A DNA stretch of 64,000 nucleotides from Antedon mediterranea (Eukaryota > Animalia > Echinodermata), in the NCBI RefSeq assembly GCF_964355755.1, contig NC_092677.1, forward strand, positions 15,770,101 to 15,834,100. The letters run 5' to 3'. The notes under the pieces were generated by a model that ran no database searches, was not told where the DNA came from, and saw nothing but the letters and a program-made list of their open reading frames with translations. Positions 53,600 to 64,000 of this stretch are shown piece by piece; the first letter of the stretch is position 1; the number at the start of each line of letters is the position of its first letter. Both the position numbers and the translations under genes were made by a program.

Positions 53600-54880
53600 A
53601 CAAAATAAAAGCTCATCTTTTCTGTTCATGTGAAACAATGCTCTTCCATAGCTAGTTTCTATCCCACCAACTGCGAACCTAGCTATTGTTTTAGCTTTCA
53701 CTCCATTCAAATTTCTAAAATACTTATATACTTCACCCTCATTTGTATCAATTTTTATGTCATTTATATTTGACTCAAGCTGACACTTCCGTTCCTTAAT
53801 TTCTTTTGAAAAATCATATTATTTGTTAAAATGATTCGAAAAATATATTTAATTCATTTGCATATTCTTTGTCAATTTTTGGTAGCGATACAGATTTTTG
53901 TTTATTATTTATATGTTCACTCATTAACCTCATTCCTTGCCACACCTCTTTCATGTTATTTTAAATCTTATTTTTAAAATTGTATTTTTCTTTACGTATT
54001 GCACATTTTAATTCTTTTTGGACCTCTTTTAATTTCGCTTTATTACCTTCAGCAAATGCTTTCTGTTTCCGGTTAATAATAATGTTCACATCTTTGGTTA
54101 TCCACGGTTATTATTCGCAAACACTTCAACCTTTTTAGTTGGGATAAGCATATCACTACAAAAGTTTATATATTCAGACACTGTGTCCGTAAGTTCATTC
54201 AGATCATTAGCGTTATTAATAAACATCACCCAGTCCGTATCATCAAATGCATCTTGTAGGCGTTCCGTTGCTTCCGCTGTCCATTTCTTTACTTTAATAG
54301 TCCTTGGCTTCTCTCGTTTAACTAATGGAATGTATTTCGGGTTTAGTACGATTAAAAAATGATCTCCCAAGCACGGCCACTGGGTTGAAACATAGGCCTA
54401 TGCGTTTTTCACATTTGTGTAGCAAAGGTCTAATATACTTGTTTCGCGCGTAGGACATGTAACGTGTTGGTAGTACTCGCTTGTCTTCTTCAATGATCCG
54501 CGATTAAAATCTCCATTAATGACAACGAATACATCGGGCGAGGTAGCTTCTATGTCGTACAGTACTTCTGCAATCTCTGTCGATGCATTATTAACCAGAC
54601 TTGTTTTGGGAATATATACAGTAACAATAACAACGTGTGAAAATTCCCTGGGTATATAATAGGGGCGTACGCTTACAACAAGAATTTCACAATTTGGTGA
54701 GCATCTGTGCTTCTTCACGACTGCGTTATTTTGGTGACAATATCTTTCGTTGACAAAAATACAGATACCACCACCCCTTTTCTTGCCTGATTCACATGTT
54801 CCGTCTCCCCTCAGTAATTTAAAACTATTTAATATGTGGACGTCTGATGAATGCAGACGAATCGTAACAGGATTCCTGGA
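53600..54880 (-). mobile_element. Decayed LINE fragment (endonuclease region, Rex1/Babar-like)
   Basis: RPYYIPREFSHVVIVTVYIP, INGDFN, CPTRETSILDLCY, DW.MF..V.EYINFC. Frameshifted; RT domain missing. Confidence 0.8.
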
Positions 54881-55039
54881 GTATTACGCCCAACCTGTAT
54901 TTAACAATTCAATAGATAGCTTTAAATATAAAGTATGAACACAGGTTTTAATGTATTATTCGTGCATGACAATAGCCTTACGATAATAATTATGTAAAAT
55001 TAAAATTTTGGAATGACCACTTTGTTGGTTATAACAAAA

Positions 55040-55400
55040 TTAATATTCAATGACATTTGATTTTTGTTTTATTAATATAGATACTGTTTTGAATAAAAGA
55101 ATAATAAGAACTAACTTATATTCAATGACATTTGATTTTTTTTTTATTAATAGTTCTACTGTTTTGAATAAAAAGAATAATGAGAAGTAATTTATATTCA
55201 ATGATATTTGATTTTTGTTTTATTAATAGTTCTACTGTTTTGAATAAAAGAATAATGAGAAGTAATTTATATTCAATGATATTTGATTTTTTTTTTATTA
55301 ATAGTTCTACTGTTTTGAATAAAAGAATAATGAGAAGTAATTTATATTCAATGACATTTGATCTTTATTTTATGGATATTTTTTTGAATAAAAAGAACAA
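55040..55400. repeat. ~75-bp AT-rich tandem repeat (~4.5 units)
   Basis: TATTCAATGA at 55045, 55119, 55195, 55270 and 55345. Confidence 0.9.
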
Positions 55401-55444
55401 TGTGAAATGTGAGTGTGCAGTTCGTGAAAGGAAAGATATTAGAT

Positions 55445-58072
55445 ATGGGTTGGTCGTCGTCAACGTTCGTAGTCGTTCTGTTATTTTATGTATTAGTCTG
55501 TGTGAAAGCTGAAACCTTCACCGAAGGTAAGTTGTTATGTCTACATTAGGCGTATAAAGTATATTAAAACAGCATGATAAAAACATTTGACCAATTAAAA
55601 CTCAACATCCTGACGCAAAGCTACTCCACAATAGTTACAAACAATTACAATCCTGGTGTATTACCCGCTACTTACTTGGGCTCAAATCTAACCCCAATCT
55701 TGGTGGTCTGGAGGTAGGACGCTAGGATAGTGATCTGAAGGTCGTGGGTTCGAGTCCCATCCGAGAATTACTTGCGTATTTTTTTTGCAAGTATTCTCAA
55801 TGTACTTAGTATAAAGTACACATTACGTCAGCGTAGGGCAAAACATCTGACCCATTACTCAACACCCTGACGCAAAGCTACTCCACAGTAGTTACAAACT
55901 ATTACAATCTTATATTAAAAATGTTTAACCTTAAAAATACCTTGCTAAACAATAATGAAGGCATACACTTCTTATTGGGTACGAACATGAGGTATTTTTC
56001 CATGATGGTCATGAATACTGTATATATTTTATTGTTCAAATAGTAAAATCAATGCAAAGTATAAATTTTAAAAAAAACTATTGAAAAATATATGTCTTGA
56101 AAAAAAATAAATTTCATCATAAAAATAATTCTGTTTTTGTTAATCTTCTATTTATTCGTTGATATTTTGCGTTGATATACGATTTCCGGTATGATTTTTC
56201 TCTGCCTTCAGACTTTTACCTTTAATAGTGTTTGAAATACACGTGATAATGTTATCAATAAATAGACTGATAGTAAACATTTTTAAATGGGAAGATGCTA
56301 CAGTTTATATTGTCAATAGAAAACCACTGTTTTACGACAGTGCTTCTCAATTTAGTAAGACTGTTTTTGAACAAGAACTAGGCCTATTTTTTTTACAAAA
56401 AACACCGCTCGACTTTTTGACGTAACAGTTTTAATTGTTGTTCTATTTTTTATTATGCTTTTTCCTCATTGATATTCTCAGTTAATAATTTAATAAATAA
56501 TGATTTATTATCAATTATTACATTTTTCTAACGCAAAATAGTCTAAATCAACAAAATTGTAATTCTAAATTAAACTGTAGTACTTACATATTCCGGCCTG
56601 GATATGGGTTCCCAACGTCGTAGTGACCCATGCACGCAACCATCTAGTAAACAAAATTCCTAAATTTCCCTGCCGCCGACAAACGTACTCACTAATCTGC
56701 AAACAATTCTTCATCTATACACTATACATTTATTTATCGTAGAGGAAAGATTGTTTTGACCATTATTCAATGATAAATTGATTGTATTAAGCCTATACCC
56801 AGCCTGCATTGACAGCCAAAACGAAAACATTGTTTATTGATCAGGTCTGACAGACTATTGCTGGCTGCATACATCTCATAGACTCTCTTCTTACAGACTT
56901 ATTTTGGAGTTTGCGCTCAACAGTTACAATTACAATTCTAACTTTTTAAGCCATATAAATCATAAACCTCTTCCGTGTGATAAGTTTTGTAATGCTTCCG
57001 TCCTCTTTAACTGCCTAAATAAAGACGCGATGCGATGTGTACAGAAGAGATGGGTTCTTTAACGATGGAGAATTGTTTATTCTAATGACGTAGTTTATTT
57101 CTTTTCTTTTTACTAGAATGCTACACTCAACCAGAAGAGTGCGAAAATGGTGGAACGTGTTTGGTTACCTGGGATGATCTTAGGAATGTCGAATTCCATT
57201 GCCAATGTACAAAAGAGTATACAGGATTCACTTGCGATCTTTTGAGAATTTGTAAGATAATTGTTTGAAATTATGCTCTTTCACTTTTTAAATTAATACT
57301 GTAAAGCTTGAATCAATAGTTATATATTCAATTTTATTTTAAAAAAAGATTAACTTTCGATAAATTCACTAAGTATATTTCACTATTTCAATTGATAACG
57401 GAATTAACTATTCGTAAAGTGTAACGATGACATGAAAGTCTATTTTGTGTAGTATGCCTTATCTTAGTATGGTTTATCATACTGCTTTGCAGTAGTTAAG
57501 CATTATTCGGTTGGTACAATGCCCGCTGCCTTCGTTCTTTTGGCTCGAATCTAACTCTAGCCATATCACCAGTCATATTCGTAACTACAAAACGAGTATA
57601 GTTTTTGATCTATTTTGCACATTTTGCATTTGAATCAGGAATGATTCATGATTATAATATAATTATAGATTTATTGAAATTTACTAAAGTAATTTACTAA
57701 AATGCCAAGTCAATTTTTTGATGAATAGCAGTTTTTAAACTCCTCACTCGCCTTGATGTTACGCTATGCCTAGGCAGCCAAGCACCAAGCAACACTACCT
57801 GCGCTTCGCTCAAATTTACCGCAGTCATTATTTTGGACGCGCCTCAATATTTCGTTGCCATGCGAAACAGATTTTTACTGGCTTACGAAACCTCTCTAAT
57901 ATATAAATCGAACAACATTACATTATTGCGTATTGTTTTCTGAATAATAATGTACTTCGCATAAAGTAGAATTACGAGAAGGGCATATCTGACCATATTG
58001 ATGGTATTGCTTTTTTGTTTTTCTTTTATAGATGATGATAGTGAGAAAGGGTTCTTTTCACGAGATTCGTGA
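55445..58072 (+). CDS. Small secreted single-EGF-domain protein (85 aa)
   Basis: Exons 55445-55526 (signal [22 protein letters not shown]), 57117-57251 ([39 protein letters not shown]) and 58032-58072 ([13 protein letters not shown]). Strong GTAAG donors, pyrimidine-rich acceptors, phase 1-1. Confidence 0.72.
55580..55908 (+). mobile_element. tRNA-derived SINE-like head between two ~70-bp direct repeats
   Basis: A box TGGTCTGGAGG and B box GGTTCGAGTCCC at ~55701-55765. CTGACGCAAAGCTACTCCACA.TAGTTACAAAC occurs at ~55610 and ~55867. Confidence 0.6.
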
Positions 58073-59960
58073 ACAGCTAATAATATAACTGATTAGAATC
58101 AAATAATAGGGCTAAATTGAAAAGAAAGTATGTCGGTAATTAGTAAAAGTTTTCTTGTATCACACAGCATGTCTTTTGTTTATTTTGTATTGTGTATTGA
58201 AGTTTATAACAGAAAAAAGAGCTACTAGTACTACCATTGAGGAAATACCGTATGCCTATTTCTTATGTAATGGTATTCTACTTGTCAGGAATTCCATGCA
58301 TTAAATGGTGAATTTGCTTAGAAAAATGTTTTATCAGTGATTCCAAAATGGCGGATCTTCGTATATTATGTCATTTTTTCATCACATTTTGTTTGCAGCC
58401 GTTCTCATTGATGGGCGATATTCCGCTTCTTTCCAGGTAAATACGTAGGCCTACAATACCTTTTGTTGTTGTTGAGCGTGAAGCGTACTTTTATTTTTGA
58501 TGATTATTCAGGTACATCAATTTACAAACATTCTGACAAGATCATCCAGATCTAGCTAGGCCATGAAAACAGAGCTATGGCTTTGCAAAGAACTTGTTGA
58601 CACCCACCCGTAAAAGCTCCTATTTTAACAATATCGTACTAATGTATCATAAACGGAATACTCATTATAACAAGGTGAAGCCCTTATCATATGTACAGAT
58701 TTCACCAACCCTAATGATTGTTTGTGGTCTAATGCTTAAAAGTATTTTATATCAGCTCTCTGATTTGTATATGGAAATACAATTTCTTTCCAAGTTAACC
58801 AAGAAAAGTCATTTTGCTATAAAGGTAATTTAATTGATGAATGTCACAAATAAATACACAACTCTAATCTAAAAGTTTTAAAGTTTATTTTAAGTTTTTA
58901 TACCGAAATTATCTAGGCTAGACTGTAGACCCACACTGTGCCTATAAAATACAAAATTAAAACATTTAACCCTACTGCCGTAATGAAACGATGTGCCTAT
59001 TTGTTCCAAATAAAACCTGTTTCTCAGCTGTGCTTTAGGCCTATCTCCACATAAAAAAATATTTGCCCAATATCATAAGAATATTTGGTAATACAGCATA
59101 TCATTTGTATTACATGCGGTGCCTGTGTACGAAAGCCTAGGTTAAGGTTTGGTTATGATGATACAAGGAGATCATGTGAAACACCTGTAATGCTGTAGGC
59201 CTATTATCGAATATTCCTATGGTACTTGAGAAATCTAGACACTGTACCGAGAATCTGATGAATATTATGTTACATTGTATTTATGCATGAATTAGGTATA
59301 AGAGTAACTTGAAAAAACATTTAAAGTAAGCGCAGCTGTACCACTTTTAACAAAAACAGCTTCCTTCATGTGACCTATGACGTATATACGAGTTGTAATT
59401 TGCATTTTACTATAAACGTTATGGTTTTATTAGCATTACGTTGTCATAATCTGTCCACATTTAATATTATTGCAGACTTAATTGCAATCATGATCGTCAT
59501 TTCCTATTGTTGCCGAGCACCGGTCTGAAGATAAAATTAAACTCTTGTCATTTATTATACGTATTAGGAGGCCTACCGTACTGCCATGCTCAATCACAAG
59601 CGGTTGACGTTGCATAAACACTGAGTAAATCCAGGAGATTTTATGACCACGAATCATGACTGCTGCCTGCATCACTTACAGCAACCTCTAAATCACTGAG
59701 ATAAAAAATGAAAAATTTTTAATCTGTCATTATACATATAGTAAGCGAGACGTAAGTCTCATAAAATGACAAAGACAAAATACAGGCTAGTTTCGAGTTA
59801 ATTTCGAGTGATATTCGATTATATGTAACCTAAATCACACTTGACGTATTATCTTACATTGTGAACACGTGACGAATTCCAGTGTAATTCTGTGTAAGGA
59901 GGAATGTCAATTTAAATTATTGTATGTGTGTACACGGACAGTTTTATAGCAGAGAAAAAC

Positions 59961-62944
59961 TTACATAGACGATTCATAAAATATAAGTTGGTCTTTGCTT
60001 TGCCTGGTATCACCATCTTGCTGAGAATCGAGCTGAGACCACGTTGCCGGGCGTTGTGTTCCAGACGAGAAGACCATACTTAAAGGTATGTGGTCCGTCA
60101 GTGAAGTTAATTGGGTAACAAAATGAAACTCCTCACACATCTGTAAATACAAAATAAACATTAATATGAAACTGTATATGATTCTAGACTGTTCTAGACG
60201 GAGTGTTTACTTAATATTAGTAAAAAGATAAATATGTTGGAACATATGGCGTTTCATCGCTCGTATACTGTATTTTCAGACAAAAATTGACTAACATAAA
60301 AAAAGACAATAACTGCAGACTTTGGGCAAGTCTAGCATAACACGTCGAGTTGTGTGTATTCATTAACCATAGGCAACAATACGGTTTATGGGCAAATTAT
60401 GGCGTATAATGATGTCATAATATATGATATAAAATATATCTCCATTTCATTTTTATCATCTTATCATCATCTATATTCTTTGAAATTAGGTTTTTTAGGA
60501 TCATCTCCCTTTTCCTATGTTATGCATACGTTATTGTAACATCTTTAAATAAACATTATTGAATTTAATTGAATATCATCGTCCGGCCTCCGACCCGCTC
60601 ATCGCCGTCGTGTCATTAACAACGCTTCATCTATAATTATCCTTCTCCTTTTTAACAATAACATCATCCTAAATAATATCACCATGATAATAAATGACGT
60701 CATCATATGCAGTATTAATCATTTTAATGCAAAATTCTTTAGAGCGTTGAAGTCAGGTGTTTCACGTTAAACGATAAATGATTAAGCGATTAAAAGTGTT
60801 GTTTTATTTTTCATGAATAAAGTTAAATATTAAAGCTAGGTTTCCACTTCTTGGAAGAGACGCATCGCGTCGCGATCGATCGGATTACATACAGTGTTCT
60901 TACGTTGCATCCATGTGGGAACTTGTCTTTACATTGACCTTGATCTACACAGCCATATTCAATGATAGTGTTGCAATTACACAAGTTGAATATGCTTTTC
61001 GATGGGGTGGGAAGAAAGAGAACTGCATTTATTTACCCTGGCCTTATCATGACTACTAACCTGTTGATAATACGCATTGTCGTTATTATACAGAATCAAG
61101 TCAACTCTTCTACGACCATTGCCTTTAAAACGTTGGCAATCTTTTAAGGTTGATGGAGTCCCTCCACTTGCTGACGTCAGAAACACTTCAAGATCTTCCA
61201 CATATTTGCCTCGCAGCTGTACGTCTTCAAGGATTCTAATAAATGAATTGAAATTGTAATCATCATCAGTACAACCAAGGCAATCTAATAACTCCAGAGA
61301 TCAAATGGTTTATTTGTGGCTGCGACACGATCAATTCCACGCCCTAACAGACACAGATATTCTTTCGACATTTCAGAATGTGGTGTATTCACGGAAGCTA
61401 TCACCACACCGAGCTATGCGAGGGATGGGTATATCATGAACCGGATATACTACGATTATGTTTCGTCGAATAAAAAATCCGTATTGACAACGTGTATATT
61501 CCATCTGATGATCAATTCAGTAAACAAATTGGGAAGTGTTGTGTTTGATTACCTTTGTAGGCCTTCAGGGGTGCTAGCTTCCCTATCGTGTAGTTTACTA
61601 CTTTTAAGGACGGTCCCCACAGTCCATGAATGGTCCAAACCTGGCATCTGCCGACAAGGGTCCTGGTAAACTGAAAACAAGGGGTGATTGAAGTCTGTGA
61701 TATCCTCTGTAATAACAAAAAACAACAATCTCAACACAGGTTACATAGGTAGGAAGATATTACTACTGCTGATATAAAGTTTGCGGTACACCACGTATAT
61801 TAGTTATGGAAAGAACTATTGAGTTTCGGAACTAATATACGTGGTGTACCGCAAACTTTATACCAACATTTGATTTCGCGAAGGAAACATTCAAATAATA
61901 TATTACACTACTGCTCTTGATAAATGTATTTATATTCGCATTATTAACATTATAGTAATTATTGAATTTTCAAATTATTATGTATACAGAGACCAGCTAA
62001 CATGACGATAAATGACCATTAAAATGAGGGGAACAAAATTTGCATCAGCATAGTAAAAAACAATATTTTCGTATGGATTTTAAACTCATATTCTATTTTT
62101 AACGATTTATTTTTGATCCGCTAATAAGTAAGGGCTTATTCGGAGTACGTTCTAGAAATTAGTGATAGGTTAAGTAGCGTACGGTACATCGTATAATTGC
62201 ATCGTTTGTGACTGGTGATGTTGTGATAGTGTGAGATTGATGTATTAAAACGTGAACCGTAGAGCATGTGGAAACGGCTGCTTCATTTTTGACAGAAAAT
62301 TTTATCAATTACAATTATTAGTTGGTGTGCTTTTTTGAAACTATAATCAGCTATTTAAAGATGTATTTATTGTCACACAAAAACATGAAAATGAAGATTG
62401 TTAAAACTTTGACTTTGAAGAATAGGCAATTTTGTAATTTAATAAAGATAATACACTTATAAAAAGAAAAAATAAACGGTTATATTCAATCAAAAATCCA
62501 TTGACTACCAGTCAATTTGACCCTTTTTTCATTTGCCAAATTTTGGTCAAAGTTGATAACTATTATGAGACATTAAAATAGCATATTGCATCTTTAAAAT
62601 GGATAAACATTTGGTAACCTGCATAATTTCCATAATTCAATGATCAATTTGTCTTTGCTACAACATTGCATGTATTTCAAATAATGTTCCCCAGATAATA
62701 AAAGTCAATTAGTTGATGACATTAAACAATGTGTAAAAAAATTATTTTAGCTTGTTTAGCTCAAACGGTAAAATGGCTTATTTTCCAAAATGTAAACTCG
62801 TTTATTTTGATGTGTAAAGAAATGTTTAAAGCTTAATAATATTGAAATAAAATCATCGAAAGATGAGTAAATGAAAACCTCTATTTCCATGGGATAACAG
62901 TTTGGGTTGTTTTTTATTGAGTTAAGCTCTGTCTACACTATCAA

Positions 62945-63017
<73 letters not shown>

Positions 63018-63308
63018 ATACTACTACTATAAAAAAGTGTGATGTGCCCCAAAATGATTGTGATATGACGTTATCGGGTTCATATATGGGCACATCACAT
63101 CTTGTGTCACAAAAAGAGTGGACAAAAGGTTGTAGAGTGGACAAAATATCTTTTTGAAAACTATTATTACTTGGAGACATATTGTCAAAGTTAAAGTTTC
63201 CTGTAAGAACATCTAGCACTATACGTTCGTCTTCGTCTTCGACTGTGTTTCGAAATGTTTCCAGCCATGACATAATCTCTGTCATCTGTAGTGACCGGGT
63301 TTCATGAT
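59961..63308 (-). CDS. Neutral sphingomyelinase (SMPD3/SMPD5-like), C-terminal exons; 5' exons beyond window
   Basis: Exons 63308-63171 (DVLTGNFNFDNMSP), 61706-61553 (HPLFSVYQDPCR..WTVGT), 61235-61061 (KGNGRRRVDLIL) and 60140-59961 (EEFHFVTQLTSLTDHIP) parallel the nSMase2 C-terminus. Phases are consistent. Confidence 0.85.
61773..61862. other. Perfect 33-bp inverted repeat with 24-nt loop
   Basis: TATAAAGTTTGCGGTACACCACGTATATTAGTT (61773-61805) and its exact reverse complement (61830-61862). Confidence 0.9.
62946..63029. repeat. (CTA)n microsatellite inside a MITE copy
   Basis: ~28 CTA units directly after the TIR AGCTCTGTCTACACTATCAAA. Confidence 0.95.
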
Positions 63309-64000
63309 CTAAAAACAAAGTAATTGAAAAAAATAGGTATAATTAATAAGTATATATAATTTTAAATGGTAGCTTTTTGTCTCTATTTTAAAAGTAAAGT
63401 ATATCCCTTCTCGTCATAGCCATTAGTAATGTTGTCGAAAATGTGTTACCTACACCATATTATTTATTCAATGATTTTCGAGGATTTGCAAAAAAATACA
63501 GTATATAATATTATATCCCCGCCAAATTAACAGATGAGGCAAATTCTGGCAAAATCTCTCTTTATCTCTCTTATCTAATATTTTACCATGTGAAATGTAG
63601 TTACATTTTAAATTTCCATAACTTTCAGCAGATTAGTTTGTTTTAATCCTCCGTTAGTCTTTTGTGTTGGGTATAGTGATGTTATAAGGTATAAGTATAC
63701 AAGTAGGCCTACTTCTAAACGCCAAAAATGATAATGCTCTCTTTTTTATCATTTGTAATGCTAGGGAAAATTATAGTAAGTGCTAATGCCACCAGAGTGA
63801 AAATTACTTATGACAAATTGCGAAATAAAATTATTAATAAATAACCACTTAGCATGAATTGGTGTGGACAAGGTAAGCCAATTTGAATGTTACTATATGC
63901 ATTCTCTTATCCAATAACATAAATTTATGCGGGAGATTAATGTGTATTAACGCCCATGTAATTGTATTTCCATTATTGGCAGGTCGTCCCTGGATGGATG

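Noticed and set aside
55180-55512. 110-aa ORF with 25-aa repeats
   Set aside because: Translation of the 75-bp VNTR; the signal-peptide exon is in another frame starting at 55445.
55701-55765. Functional tRNA gene (His-like GTG loop)
   Set aside because: Acceptor and anticodon stems pair poorly and it is embedded in repeats; the same applies to 36083-36165.
62941-63170. Poly-valine C-terminus of ORF 62941..63318
   Set aside because: Intron read-through into a MITE and (CTA)n; the real exon ends at the donor at 63170.

Overview
AT-rich, intron-rich eukaryotic DNA from an invertebrate animal; an echinoderm-like deuterostome is my inference from gene content, a Deu-type SINE and TAGGCCTA richness. 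Genes were reconstructed by hand from splice sites and reading phase. (1) Two tandem + strand paralogs encode a large mosaic protein with Tie-receptor-like ectodomain modules (Ig-like, Ig, 4xEGF, 2xFN3) ending in two C-type-lectin-like domains, with no visible TM or kinase. Copy A (4158-11983) is 5'-incomplete; copy B (16312-30211) is complete, 22 exons, ~1519 aa. (2) CENPL (-) lies head-to-head with CTDP1/FCP1 (+). (3) MRPS17 (-). (4) A 3-exon, 85-aa secreted single-EGF gene that the ORF track misses. (5) The 3' part of a neutral sphingomyelinase (SMPD3/5-like, -) with GNFN in place of GDFN. Introns and intergenic DNA hold decayed LINEs, Helentron-type short elements, several MITE families (some nested), a 2.9-kb foldback element, a 5S+tRNA+Deu chimeric SINE, and mini/microsatellites. 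Most long ORFs at 18.3-20.4 kb and 29.5-29.9 kb are minisatellite artefacts. No database search was possible; family names rest on recalled motifs.
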